A DNA stretch of 39,235 nucleotides, from the sequence record NC_031114.1. The stretch is one strand, 5' to 3'. Positions 29,775 to 39,156 of the stretch are shown here, in pieces (the first letter of the stretch is position 1; the number at the start of each line of letters is the position of its first letter). The DNA is from Escherichia phage 64795_ec1. Below the pieces are notes generated by a model. That model worked only from the letters and a program-made list of their open reading frames with translations. It did not search any database and was not told the DNA's origin. Made by a program: the position numbers and the translations under genes.

Positions 29775-32700
29775 ATGGATAAGTACGATAAGAACGTACC
29801 AAGTGATTATGATGGTCTGTTCCAAAAGGCGGCTGATGCCAACGGGGTCTCGTATGACCTTTTACGTAAAGTCGCTTGGACGGAATCACGCTTTGTACCT
29901 ACAGCAAAATCTAAGACTGGACCATTAGGCATGATGCAGTTCACCAAGGCAACCGCTAAGGCACTTGGTCTGCGAGTTACCGATGGTCCAGATGATGACC
30001 GACTAAACCCTGAGTTGGCTATCAATGCTGCCGCCAAGCACCTTGCAGGTCTGGTAGGGAAGTTTGATGGCGATGAACTCAAAGCTGCCCTTGCATACAA
30101 CCAAGGCGAGGGACGCTTGGGTAATCCTCAACTTGAGGCGTACTCTAAGGGAGACTTCGCGTCCATCTCTGAGGAAGGACGGAACTACATGCGTAACCTT
30201 CTGGATGTTGCTAAGTCACCTATGGCTGGACAGTTAGAAACTTTTGGAGGTATCACCCCAAAGGGTAAAGGCATTCCGGCTGACGTTGGACTAGCTGGAA
30301 TAGACCATAGTCAGAAAGTAACACAGGAACTTCCTGAGTCCACAAGTTTTGACGTTAAAGGTATCGAACAGGAGGCTCCGGCGAAACCATTCGCCAAGGA
30401 CTTTTGGGAGACCCACGGAGAAACACTTGATGAGTACAACAGTCGTTCAACCTTCTTCGGATTCAAAAATGCTGCCGAAGCTGAACTCTCCAACTCAGTC
30501 GCTGGGATGGCTTTCCGTGCTGGTCGCCTCGATAATGGTTTTGATGTGTTTAAAGACACCATTACGCCGACTCGCTGGAACTCTCACATCTGGACTCCAG
30601 AAGAGTTAGAGAAGATTCGAACTGAGGTTAAGAACCCTGCGTATATCAACGTGGTAACTGGTGGTTCTCCTGAGAATCTTGACGACCTCATTAAGCTGGC
30701 TAACGAGAACTTTGAGAATGACTCACTCGCTGCCGAAGCTGGCCTCGGTGCTAAACTGAGTGCTGGCATTATTGGCGCTGGTGTGGACCCTCTTAGTTAT
30801 GTTCCCATGGTTGGTGTAACTGGTAAGGGCTTTAAGTTAATCAATAAGGCTCTTGTGGTTGGTGCAGAAAGTGCTGCGCTGAACGTTGCATCCGAAGGTC
30901 TCCGCACATCCGTAGCTGGTGGCGATGCAGATTATGCTGGTGCTGCCTTAGGTGGCTTTGTGTTTGGCGCTGGTATGTCTGCAATCAGTGATGCTGTAGC
31001 TGCTGGTCTGAAACGTAGTAAACCAGAAGCTGAGTTCGACAATGAGTTCATTGGTCCCATGATGCGGATGGAAGCCCGTGAGACAGCGCGTAACGCCAAC
31101 TCTGCGGACCTCTCTCGGATGAACACTGAGAACATGAAGTTTGAAGGTGAATACAAAGGCGTTCCATATGAGGAACTTCCGACCGAAAAGGGTGCTGTGG
31201 TTCTCCATGACGGCTCCATACTTAGTGCGAGCAACCCAATCAACCCCAAGACTCTCAAAGAGTTCTCCGAGGTTGACCCTGAGAAAGCGGCACGAGGAAT
31301 CAAACTAGCAGGGTTCACTGAGATAGGGTTAAAGACCTTAGGCTCAGACGACGCTGATATTCGACGGGTAGCTATTGACCTAGTGCGGTCTCCTACCGGA
31401 ATGCAATCAGGTTCCTCAGGGAAGTATGGTTCAACAGCTTCGGACATTTTCGAGAAACTTCGTGGCACTGACCAGCGTACTTACAACGACTTGTATAAGG
31501 CGATGTCTGACGCGATGAAAGACCCTGAGTTCTCCACTGGCGGCGCTAAGATGTCTCGCGAAGAAGCTCGTTACACTATCGAGCGTCGAGTGTCCTTGGC
31601 TATTGAGAACCCTGAGCTACAGAAGGCTTTAACTCCTAACGAGCGAATCGTAATGGACATCGTTAAGCGACATTATGACACCAAGCGTGAACTTATGGAG
31701 AACCCTGCGGTCTTTGGTAACACGAAGGCTGTGAGTATCTTTCCGGAGAGTAGACACAAGGGAACATATGTTCCACATGTGTACGACAAGTACGCTAAGG
31801 CACTCAAAATTCAACAATATGGTGCTGAGGGCTTACAGGAAGGTATCGCTCGGTCATGGATGTGTAGCTACGATTTGAGGCCTGCGGTAAAGGCCCGTAT
31901 TGACGAAGCACTTAAAGAGATGCACGGTGTAGAGGAAGTCACACATGATATGGTGTATAAGTACGCTATGGATAAAGCATACGGTATCTCTCACTCAGAC
32001 AGGTTCACTAATAGCTCCATCATTGAGGAGAACATTGAGGGTCTTGTTGGTATTGAGAATAACTCATTCCTTGAAGCACGAAACCTCTTTGACTCCGACT
32101 TAGCAATCACCATGCCAGATGGTCAGCAATTCTCTGTGAACGATTTGAGGGACTTTAGTATGTTCCGTATCATGCCAGCGTATGACCGCCGTATCAACGG
32201 TGACATAGCCATCATGGGGTCTACCGGTAAAACCACTAAGGAACTTAAGGATGAGATTTTGGCTCTCAAAGCGAAAGCTGAGGGTGACGGTAAGAAGACT
32301 GGCGAGGTTCATGCTCTAATGGATACCGTTAAGATTCTTACTGGTCGTGCTCGACGCAATCAGGACACTGTGTGGGAAACCTCACTGCGTGCCATTAATG
32401 ACCTAGGGTTCTTCGCCAAGAACGCCTATATGGGTGCTCAGAACCTTACGGAGATTGCTGGGATGATTGCCACGGGTAACGTGCGTGCTCTTGGTCACGG
32501 TATCCCAATTCTACGTGATACACTCTACAAGTCTAAACCAGTTTCCGCTAAGGAACTTAAGGAACTCCATGCGTCTCTGTTCGGGAAGGAGGTGGACCAG
32601 TTGATTAGACCTCAACGTGCTGACATAGTGCAGCGTCTAAGGGAAGCAACTGACACAGGGCCTGTTGTGGCGAACATCGTAGGAACCTTAAAGTATTCCA

Positions 32701-33581
32701 CACAGGAACTAGCTGCTCGCTCTCCATGGACTAAGCTGCTTAATGGAACCACTAACTACCTTCTTGATGCTGCGCGTCAAGGTATGCTTGGGGACGTTAT
32801 TAGTTCTACCCTAACAGGTAAGACTACCCGCTGGGAGAAAGAAGGATTCCTTCGTGGTGCCTCCGTAACTCCTGAGCAGATGGCTGGAATCAAGGCTCTC
32901 ATCAAGGAACATATGGTACGTGGTGAGGACGGGAAGTTTACCGTTAAGGATAAGCACGCGTTCTCTATGGACCCTCGTGCTATGGACTTATGGAGACTGG
33001 CTGACAAGGTAGCTGATGAGGCGATGCTGCGTCCACACAAGGTGTCCTTACAGGATTCCCATGCGTTCGGAGCATTAGGTAAGATGGTCATGCAGTTTAA
33101 GTCTTTCACTATCAAGTCCCTTAACTCTAAGTTCCTGCGAACCTTCTACGATGGGTACAAGAACAACCGAGCGATTGACGCTGCGCTGACTGGTATCATA
33201 TCTATGGGTCTCGCTGGTGGCTACTACGCTATGGCTGCACACGTCAAAGCATATGGAATGCCTAAGGAGAAACGTAAAGAGTACTTGGAGCGAGCACTGG
33301 ACCCAACCATGATTGCCCACGCTTCGTTGTCTCGTAGTTCTCAATTGGGTGCTACTTTGGCTATGGCTGACCTAGTTGGTGGCCTGTTCGGGGTTGAGTC
33401 CTCAAAGATGGCCCGCTCTACGATTCTGCCTAAAGACACCATGAGGGAGCGTGACCCTAATAAGCCTTATACCTCGTGGGAGGTAATGGGTAATATGGGT
33501 TCCAACATTCTTGAACAGATGCCATCGGCTGGATTTGTGGCTAACGTTGGGGCTTCCCTACTTAATCTGCTGGCGTGGTGA
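29775..33581 (+). CDS. 16: internal virion protein D with N-terminal lytic transglycosylase domain (gene 16); reading frame ends early at TGA 33579-33581
   Basis: 1268 aa; …GVSYDLLRKVAWTESRFVPTAKSKTGPLGMMQFTKATAKALGL… (transglycosylase motif). Confidence 0.9.
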   Translation: MDKYDKNVPSDYDGLFQKAADANGVSYDLLRKVAWTESRFVPTAKSKTGPLGMMQFTKATAKALGLRVTDGPDDDRLNPELAINAAAKHLAGLVGKFDGDELKAALAYNQGEGRLGNPQLEAYSKGDFASISEEGRNYMRNLLDVAKSPMAGQLETFGGITPKGKGIPADVGLAGIDHSQKVTQELPESTSFDVKGIEQEAPAKPFAKDFWETHGETLDEYNSRSTFFGFKNAAEAELSNSVAGMAFRAGRLDNGFDVFKDTITPTRWNSHIWTPEELEKIRTEVKNPAYINVVTGGSPENLDDLIKLANENFENDSLAAEAGLGAKLSAGIIGAGVDPLSYVPMVGVTGKGFKLINKALVVGAESAALNVASEGLRTSVAGGDADYAGAALGGFVFGAGMSAISDAVAAGLKRSKPEAEFDNEFIGPMMRMEARETARNANSADLSRMNTENMKFEGEYKGVPYEELPTEKGAVVLHDGSILSASNPINPKTLKEFSEVDPEKAARGIKLAGFTEIGLKTLGSDDADIRRVAIDLVRSPTGMQSGSSGKYGSTASDIFEKLRGTDQRTYNDLYKAMSDAMKDPEFSTGGAKMSREEARYTIERRVSLAIENPELQKALTPNERIVMDIVKRHYDTKRELMENPAVFGNTKAVSIFPESRHKGTYVPHVYDKYAKALKIQQYGAEGLQEGIARSWMCSYDLRPAVKARIDEALKEMHGVEEVTHDMVYKYAMDKAYGISHSDRFTNSSIIEENIEGLVGIENNSFLEARNLFDSDLAITMPDGQQFSVNDLRDFSMFRIMPAYDRRINGDIAIMGSTGKTTKELKDEILALKAKAEGDGKKTGEVHALMDTVKILTGRARRNQDTVWETSLRAINDLGFFAKNAYMGAQNLTEIAGMIATGNVRALGHGIPILRDTLYKSKPVSAKELKELHASLFGKEVDQLIRPQRADIVQRLREATDTGPVVANIVGTLKYSTQELAARSPWTKLLNGTTNYLLDAARQGMLGDVISSTLTGKTTRWEKEGFLRGASVTPEQMAGIKALIKEHMVRGEDGKFTVKDKHAFSMDPRAMDLWRLADKVADEAMLRPHKVSLQDSHAFGALGKMVMQFKSFTIKSLNSKFLRTFYDGYKNNRAIDAALTGIISMGLAGGYYAMAAHVKAYGMPKEKRKEYLERALDPTMIAHASLSRSSQLGATLAMADLVGGLFGVESSKMARSTILPKDTMRERDPNKPYTSWEVMGNMGSNILEQMPSAGFVANVGASLLNLLAW

Positions 33582-33730
33582 ATGCTCCCAACAAAGCCAC
33601 TGAGCAGGACTTCATGACTGGCTTGATGAACTCTACCAAGGAGTTAGTACCTAACGACCCTCTTACTCAACAGCTTGTGTTGAAGATTTATGAGGCGAAT
33701 GGTGTTAACTTGAGGGAACGTCGGAAATAA
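33578..33730 (+). other. 16: displaced 3' segment of gene 16 (last 50 codons in the other frame)
   Basis: VNAPNKATEQDFMTGLMNSTKELVPNDPLTQQLVLKIYEANGVNLRERRK, stop TAA 33728-33730 inside phi17; 1268+50 codons equals the T7 gp16 length as I recall it. Confidence 0.6.
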
Positions 33731-33750
33731 TACGACTCACTATAGGGAGA
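33728..33750 (+). promoter_or_regulatory. T7-RNAP promoter phi17
   Basis: TAATACGACTCACTATAGGGAGA, +1 at 33745. Confidence 0.88.
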
Positions 33751-33802
33751 GGCGAAAGAATCTTCTCCCTGTAGTCTCTTAGATTTACTTTAAGGAGGTC
33801 AA

Positions 33803-34675
33803 ATGGCTAACGTAATTAAAACCGTTTTGACTTACCAGTTAGATGGCTCCACTCGTGATTTTAATATCCCGTTTGAGTATCTAGCCCGTAAGTTCGTAGT
33901 GGTAACTCTTATTGGTGTAGACCGCAAGGTCCTTACGATTAATACAGACTACCGTTTTGCTACTCGCACTACTATCTCACTAACCAAGGCTTGGGGTCCA
34001 GCGGATGGATATACTACAATAGAGCTACGTCGAGTAACCTCCACGACCGACCGCTTGGTTGACTTTACGGATGGCTCAATCCTCCGTGCGTATGACCTTA
34101 ACGTCGCTCAGATTCAAACGATGCACGTAGCGGAAGAGGCCCGTGACTTAACTGCGGATACTATCGGTGTCAATAATGATGGTAACTTGGATGCTCGTGG
34201 TCGTCGAATTGTGAACCTAGCGAACGCTGTAGATGACCGTGACGCTGTTCCGTTTGGTCAACTTAAGGCTATGAACCAGAACTCATGGCAGGCGCGTAAT
34301 GAGGCCTTACAGTTCCGTAATGAGGCTGAGACTTTCAGAAATCAAGCGGAGGGCTTTAAGACCGAGTCTGGCACTAACGCTGCTAATACGAAGCAGTGGC
34401 GTGATGAGACCAAAGGTTTCCGAGACGAAGCTGAGCAGTTTAAGAATACTGCTGGTCAATATTCTACATCCGCTGGGAACTCTGCGACCGCAGCACACCA
34501 ATCTGAGGTAAACGCTGAGAACTCCGCAACAGCCTCCGCTAACTCTGCCCAGTCAGCAGAACAGCAAGCAGACCGCGCTAAGGTGGAAGCAGACAAGTTG
34601 GGTAACTGGAATGCACTTGCAGGGGCAATTGATAGTGTTGACGGGAACAATGTCATGTTTAAAGGCGACATTTAG
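33803..34675 (+). CDS. 17: tail fibre protein (gene 17), proximal part: T7-type tail-anchor and coiled-coil shaft
   Basis: 290 aa MANVIKTVLTYQLDGSTRDFNIPFEYLARKFVVVTLIGVDRKVLTINTDYRF…; stops at TAG 34673-34675. Confidence 0.9.
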   Translation: MANVIKTVLTYQLDGSTRDFNIPFEYLARKFVVVTLIGVDRKVLTINTDYRFATRTTISLTKAWGPADGYTTIELRRVTSTTDRLVDFTDGSILRAYDLNVAQIQTMHVAEEARDLTADTIGVNNDGNLDARGRRIVNLANAVDDRDAVPFGQLKAMNQNSWQARNEALQFRNEAETFRNQAEGFKTESGTNAANTKQWRDETKGFRDEAEQFKNTAGQYSTSAGNSATAAHQSEVNAENSATASANSAQSAEQQADRAKVEADKLGNWNALAGAIDSVDGNNVMFKGDI

Positions 34676-35675
34676 AACACCTGCAAATATCGTAGGTGGT
34701 GGCTTAATCTCCAACGGTTCTGGTCATTTTGAGAAAGGCGTGGCTGTTAAGGGTGAATTAGATGTTGTAGGGGATGTTTCGGCGCATAAGGATGTGTGGG
34801 TAGATGGTGTAGTTGTAGCCAATGGTGGGATACAGCAACATTCAAATCCTAATACCCTTAATGAGGTGTGGAGGGTGTTTATTAAGGGGGTCCCACTCCA
34901 TATTGGAAACCGACAAGGTCTTCATCTTGGTTGGAACGAGACCAGTAATGGCGAGTCGTGTTTTGTTACTAACAAAGGTGCAGGTGGTGGTGGTTTTGTT
35001 TTCCGCACGGTAAACTTTGAGAACACTGCTGAGATTGGTCGCGTTACATTCACTGGTAACGGTGGAGTACGCGCCTTCGATTTACAAGCAATTAATGGTG
35101 CTCGTATTGAGGCTGGGAATAATATAGTTGGTGCGAGCATTTTCTCAGGAATGGGCGCCTGCCAGTTCAATACCGAAGGTAACTTGCTGGGAGGTCTATG
35201 GAACAGAGTTGGAGGTGACCTATACAACTACCTGTGGAACAAGAGTCACTTTGCTAAGCCACCTGCTGGGGTTCAATTGTTTACAGGCCGTGGTGGGGAC
35301 TACCTTGAGGGCCTTGTTGATACTACAGCTGTTGGGTTCCGCTGGTTCAATTCTGACAGAAGGCTTAAAGAAAACATAAAGGTTGTACGTTCCGCTGATG
35401 ATATGCTTAAGATTATCCGCTCATACATCCCGGTTTCCTATAAGTATAAGGACTCTGAGTATGTTGATAAGCGTGGCAGAACGGTAAGCGTTACCGGTAA
35501 GAACTCTCGTGCTGGTTTCATTACTCAGGATTTGATTCGAATCTGGCCAGAGGCGGTGGACGTGCTATCCGATGGTATGCAATCCCCAGACCCTAACCAA
35601 ATCATCGGTGGACTCATGCTTCTTGTCAAGAATCTTGATGAACGCGTACAGGAGTTGGAGAAAAATAACGTTTAA
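34674..35675 (+). CDS. 17: tail fibre (gene 17), distal receptor-binding part with C-terminal S74-like intramolecular chaperone, in the other frame
   Basis: RTPANIVGGGLISNGSGHFEKGVAVKGELDVVGD… then …NSDRRLKENIKVVRSADDMLKIIRSYIPVSYKYKD…IIGGLMLLVKNLDERVQELEKNNV; no independent SD, so a continuation of the proximal ORF is assumed. Confidence 0.75.
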   Translation, partial: RTPANIVGGGLISNGSGHFEKGVAVKGELDVVGDVSAHKDVWVDGVVVANGGIQQHSNPNTLNEVWRVFIKGVPLHIGNRQGLHLGWNETSNGESCFVTNKGAGGGGFVFRTVNFENTAEIGRVTFTGNGGVRAFDLQAINGARIEAGNNIVGASIFSGMGACQFNTEGNLLGGLWNRVGGDLYNYLWNKSHFAKPPAGVQLFTGRGGDYLEGLVDTTAVGFRWFNSDRRLKENIKVVRSADDMLKIIRSYIPVSYKYKDSEYVDKRGRTVSVTGKNSRAGFITQDLIRIWPEAVDVLSDGMQSPDPNQIIGGLMLLVKNLDERVQELEKNNV

Positions 35676-35723
35676 GGATAACACTGGATTAGGACCAAGG
35701 ATGGTATTTAATAAGGAGGATAC

Positions 35724-35927
35724 ATGCTGTCTTTGGATTTCAATAATGAGTTAGTCAAGGCTGCGCCTATTGTTGGCACTGGTGTTGCCGATGGTGCTGC
35801 GAGGCTTTTCTTCGGGCTGAGTCTTAATGAGTGGTTCTATATTGCTGCTATCGCCTACACAGTGGTTCAGATTGGTGCCAAGGTAGTCGATAAGATGATT
35901 GACTGGAAGAAAGCCAATAAGGAGTGA
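35724..35927 (+). CDS. 17.5: class II holin (gene 17.5)
   Basis: 67 aa with one hydrophobic span, MLSLDFNNELVKAAPIVGTGVADGAARLFFGLSLNEWFYIAAIAYTVVQIGAKVVDKMIDWKKANKE. Confidence 0.9.
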   Translation: MLSLDFNNELVKAAPIVGTGVADGAARLFFGLSLNEWFYIAAIAYTVVQIGAKVVDKMIDWKKANKE

Positions 35928-35932
35928 TATGT

Positions 35933-36202
35933 ATGGAAAAAGATAAGAGCCTCATTACGTTCTTAGAGATGTTGGACACTGCGATGGCTCAGCGTATGCT
36001 TGCGGACCTTTCGGACCCTGAGCGGCGCTCTCCTCAACTCTATAACGCCATCAACAAACTGTTAGACCGCCACAAGTTCCAGATTGGTAAGTTGCAGCCG
36101 GATGTTCACATCTTAGGTGGCCTTGCTGGTGCTCTTGAAGAGTACAAAGAGAAAGTAGGTGATAACGGTCTTATGGATGACGATATTTACACATTACAGT
36201 GA
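35933..36202 (+). CDS. 18: terminase small subunit (gene 18)
   Basis: 89 aa MEKDKSLITFLEMLDTAMAQRMLADLSDPERRSPQLYNAINKLLDRHKFQIGKLQPDVHILGG…. Confidence 0.95.
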   Translation: MEKDKSLITFLEMLDTAMAQRMLADLSDPERRSPQLYNAINKLLDRHKFQIGKLQPDVHILGGLAGALEEYKEKVGDNGLMDDDIYTLQ

Positions 36203-36240
36203 TATACTCAAGGCCACTACATATAGTGGTCTTTATGGAT
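36203..36240 (+). promoter_or_regulatory. RNase III site R18.5
   Basis: ATACTCAAGGCCACTACATATAGTGGTCTTTATGGAT hairpin. Confidence 0.5.
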
Positions 36241-36296
36241 GTCATTGTCTACACGAGATGCTCCTACGTGAAATCTGAAAGTTAACGGGAGGCATT

Positions 36297-36740
36297 ATGC
36301 TAGAATTTTTACGTAAGCTAATCCCTTGGGTTCTCGCTGGGATGCTATTCGGATTAGGATGGCATCTAGGGTCAGACTCAATGGACTCTAAATGGAAACA
36401 GGAGGTACACGATGAGTACGTTAAGAGAGTTGAGGCTACGGCGAGCACTCAAAGAGCAATCAATGAAATATCGGCTAAGTATCAAGAAGACCTTGCCGCG
36501 CTGGAAGGGAGCACTGATAGGATTATTTCTGATTTGCGTAGCGACAATAAGCGGCTGCGCGTCAGAGTCAAAACTACCGGAACCTCCGATGGTAAGTGTG
36601 GATTCGAGCCTGATGGTCGAGCCGAACTTGACGACCGAGATGCTAAACGTATTCTCGCAGTGACCCAGAAGGGTGACGCATGGATTCGTGCGTTACAGGA
36701 TACTATTCGTGAACTGCAACGTAAGCAGGAAATCAAGTAA
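36297..36740 (+). CDS. 18.5: i-spanin Rz (gene 18.5)
   Basis: 147 aa with N-terminal TM segment MLEFLRKLIPWVLAGMLFGLGWHLG and coiled-coil periplasmic domain. Confidence 0.9.
   Translation: MLEFLRKLIPWVLAGMLFGLGWHLGSDSMDSKWKQEVHDEYVKRVEATASTQRAINEISAKYQEDLAALEGSTDRIISDLRSDNKRLRVRVKTTGTSDGKCGFEPDGRAELDDRDAKRILAVTQKGDAWIRALQDTIRELQRKQEIK
36412..36663 (+). CDS. 18.7: o-spanin Rz1 (gene 18.7), embedded in the +1 frame of Rz
   Basis: 83 aa with lipobox …LFLICVATISGCASES… and Pro-rich C-terminal part. Confidence 0.8.
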   Translation: MSTLRELRLRRALKEQSMKYRLSIKKTLPRWKGALIGLFLICVATISGCASESKLPEPPMVSVDSSLMVEPNLTTEMLNVFSQ

Positions 36741-36749
36741 GGAGGCAAT

Positions 36750-38510
36750 GTGTCTACTCAATCCAATCGTAATGCGCTCGTAGTGGCGCAACTGAAAGGA
36801 GACTTCGTGGCGTTCCTGTTCGTCTTATGGAAGGCGTTAAACCTTCCGGTACCCACCAAGTGTCAGATTGATATGGCTAAGGTACTGGCGAATGGAGACA
36901 ACAAGAAGTTCATCCTACAGGCTTTCCGTGGTATCGGTAAGTCGTTCATCACGTGTGCGTTCGTTGTGTGGTCCTTATGGAGAGACCCTCAGTTGAAGAT
37001 ACTTATCGTATCAGCCTCTAAGGAACGTGCAGACGCTAACTCCATCTTTATTAAGAACATCATTGACCTGCTCCCGTTCCTAGCTGAGCTAAAGCCAAGA
37101 CCCGGACAGCGTGATTCTGTAATCAGCTTTGATGTAGGTCCGGCTAACCCTGACCACTCTCCTAGTGTGAAATCAGTAGGTATCACTGGTCAGTTAACTG
37201 GTAGCCGTGCTGACATTATCATTGCGGATGACGTTGAGATTCCGTCTAACAGTGCAACTATGGGTGCCCGTGAGAAGCTATGGACTCTCGTTCAGGAGTT
37301 CGCTGCGTTACTTAAACCGCTGCCTTCCTCTCGCGTTATCTACCTTGGTACACCTCAGACAGAGATGACTCTCTATAAGGAACTTGAGGATAACCGTGGG
37401 TACACAACCATTATCTGGCCTGCCCTGTACCCAAGGACGCGTGAAGAGAACCTCTATTACTCACAGCGTCTTGCTCCTATGTTACGCGCTGAGTATGATG
37501 AGAACCCTGAGGCCCTCGCTGGGACTCCTACAGACCCTGTTCGCTTTGACCGTGATGACCTCCGTGAGCGTGAGTTGGAATACGGCAAGGCTGGCTTCAC
37601 ACTACAGTTCATGCTTAACCCGAACCTGAGTGATGCCGAGAAGTACCCTCTGAGGCTCCGTGACGCTATCGTAGCGGCCTTAGACTTAGAGAAGGCCCCA
37701 ATGCATTACCAGTGGCTTCCGAACCGTCAGAACATCATTGAGGACCTTCCTAACGTTGGCCTTAAGGGTGATGACCTTCATACGTATCACGATTGCTCCA
37801 ACAACTCTGGTCAGTATCAACAGAAGATTCTGGTCATTGACCCTAGTGGTCGCGGTAAGGACGAAACAGGTTACGCTGTGCTGTACACCCTGAACGGTTA
37901 TATCTACCTTATGGAAGCTGGAGGTTTCCGTGATGGTTACTCCGATAAGACCCTTGAGTTGCTCGCTAAGAAGGCCAAGCAGTGGGGAGTCCAGACGGTT
38001 GTCTATGAGAGTAACTTCGGTGACGGTATGTTTGGTAAGGTGTTCAGTCCTATCCTTCTTAAACACCACAACTGTGCAATGGAAGAGATTCGCGCTCGTG
38101 GTATGAAGGAGATGCGTATTTGTGATACCCTTGAGCCAGTCATGCAGACTCACCGCCTTGTCATTCGTGATGAGGTCATTCGGGCCGACTACCAGTCCGC
38201 TCGTGACGTAGACGGTAAGCATGACGTTAAGTACTCACTGTTCTACCAGATGACCCGTATCACCCGTGAGAAAGGCGCTCTGGCTCATGATGACCGATTG
38301 GATGCCCTTGCGTTAGGCATTGAGTATCTCCGTGAGTCCATGCAGTTGGATTCCATTAAGGTCGAGGGTGAAGTACTTGCTGACTTCCTTGAGGAACACA
38401 TGATGCGTCCTACAGTAGCTGCCACGCACATCATTGAGATGTCTGTGGGAGGAGTTGATGTGTACTCTGAGGACGATGAGGGTTACGGTACGTCTTTCAT
38501 TGAGTGGTGA
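36750..38510 (+). CDS. 19: terminase large subunit / DNA maturase (gene 19)
   Basis: 586 aa from GTG 36750 after GGAGG; [66 protein letters not shown] (Walker A-like). Confidence 0.98.
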   Translation: MSTQSNRNALVVAQLKGDFVAFLFVLWKALNLPVPTKCQIDMAKVLANGDNKKFILQAFRGIGKSFITCAFVVWSLWRDPQLKILIVSASKERADANSIFIKNIIDLLPFLAELKPRPGQRDSVISFDVGPANPDHSPSVKSVGITGQLTGSRADIIIADDVEIPSNSATMGAREKLWTLVQEFAALLKPLPSSRVIYLGTPQTEMTLYKELEDNRGYTTIIWPALYPRTREENLYYSQRLAPMLRAEYDENPEALAGTPTDPVRFDRDDLRERELEYGKAGFTLQFMLNPNLSDAEKYPLRLRDAIVAALDLEKAPMHYQWLPNRQNIIEDLPNVGLKGDDLHTYHDCSNNSGQYQQKILVIDPSGRGKDETGYAVLYTLNGYIYLMEAGGFRDGYSDKTLELLAKKAKQWGVQTVVYESNFGDGMFGKVFSPILLKHHNCAMEEIRARGMKEMRICDTLEPVMQTHRLVIRDEVIRADYQSARDVDGKHDVKYSLFYQMTRITREKGALAHDDRLDALALGIEYLRESMQLDSIKVEGEVLADFLEEHMMRPTVAATHIIEMSVGGVDVYSEDDEGYGTSFIEW

Positions 38511-38591
38511 TTTATGCATTGAGACTGCATAGGGATGCACTATAGACCACGGATGGTCAGTTCCTTAAGTTACTGAAAAGACATGATAAAT

Positions 38592-38614
38592 TAATACGAC
38601 TCACTATAGGGAGA
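38592..38614 (+). promoter_or_regulatory. T7-RNAP promoter phiOR
   Basis: TAATACGACTCACTATAGGGAGA, +1 at 38609. Confidence 0.88.
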
Positions 38615-38767
38615 GGAGGGACGAAAGGTTACTATATAGATACTGAATGAATACTTATAGAGTGCATAAAGTATGCATAGTAGTGTACCTAAAGTGACCT
38701 CTAAGAATGGTGATTATATTGTATTAATATCACCTTAACTTAAAGACCAACATAAAGGAGGAGACTC

Positions 38768-38917
38768 ATGTTCCGCTTATTGTTGAACCTACTGCGGCAT
38801 AGAGTCACCTACCGCTTTCTTATGGTACTTTGTGCTGCCCTTGGTTACGCAGTTCTTAATGGAGACCTCAGTTCATTGGAGTCTACCGTTTGCTCTTTAC
38901 TTACTTGTGTTGATTAA
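38768..38917 (+). CDS. 19.5: gene 19.5 small protein
   Basis: 49 aa MFRLLLNLLRHRVTYRFLMVLCAALGYAVLNGDLSSLESTVCSLLTCVD after SD AAGGAGG. Confidence 0.75.
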   Translation: MFRLLLNLLRHRVTYRFLMVLCAALGYAVLNGDLSSLESTVCSLLTCVD

Positions 38918-38989
38918 GGTCTTCATAACAGACTGATGGCTCACCGAGGGATTCAGCGGTATGATTGCATCACACCACTTCATCCCTAT

Positions 38990-39156
38990 AGAGTCAAGTC
39001 CTAAAGTATATCCATAAAGAGCCTCTAATGGTCTATCCTAAGGTCTATACCTAAAGATAGGCCATCCTATCAGTGTCACCTAAAGAGAGTCCTAGAGAGG
39101 GCCTAGGGAGTTCCTAGAGGGTCCTTTAAAATATACCATAAAAATCTGAGTGACTA
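38990..39156 (+). repeat. right-end short-repeat region (CCTAAAG-like heptamers) preceding the terminal repeat; concatemer-processing/packaging signals by position
   Basis: recurring CCTAAAG / CCATAAAG / CCTAGAG units spaced along the segment. Confidence 0.45.

Noticed and set aside
27814-31468. Minus-strand ORFs inside genes 15 and 16 (27814-28548, 30932-31468 and others)
   Set aside because: Antisense to long conserved structural genes; no signals.
34611-34652. ATG 34611 or ATG 34650 as an independent start for a separate distal tail-fibre protein
   Set aside because: Neither has an SD and both lie inside the proximal ORF; the distal domain lacks its own tail-attachment region, so a continuation of gene 17 broken by an indel is more parsimonious. 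Kept as an open alternative in the findings.
33566-34675. Programmed ribosomal frameshifting as the explanation for the gene 16 and gene 17 frame breaks
   Set aside because: Neither site has a slippery heptamer or an obvious stimulatory structure like the G GTT TTC site of gene 10; tRNA re-pairing at TGG/GTG or ATT/TTT is implausible.
36748-36750. ATG 36748 as the terminase large subunit start
   Set aside because: That frame terminates after 11 codons; the conserved [11 protein letters not shown]… N-terminus needs the overlapping GTG at 36750.
37686-38222. 178-aa minus-strand ORF inside the terminase large subunit gene
   Set aside because: Antisense to an essential gene; no signals.
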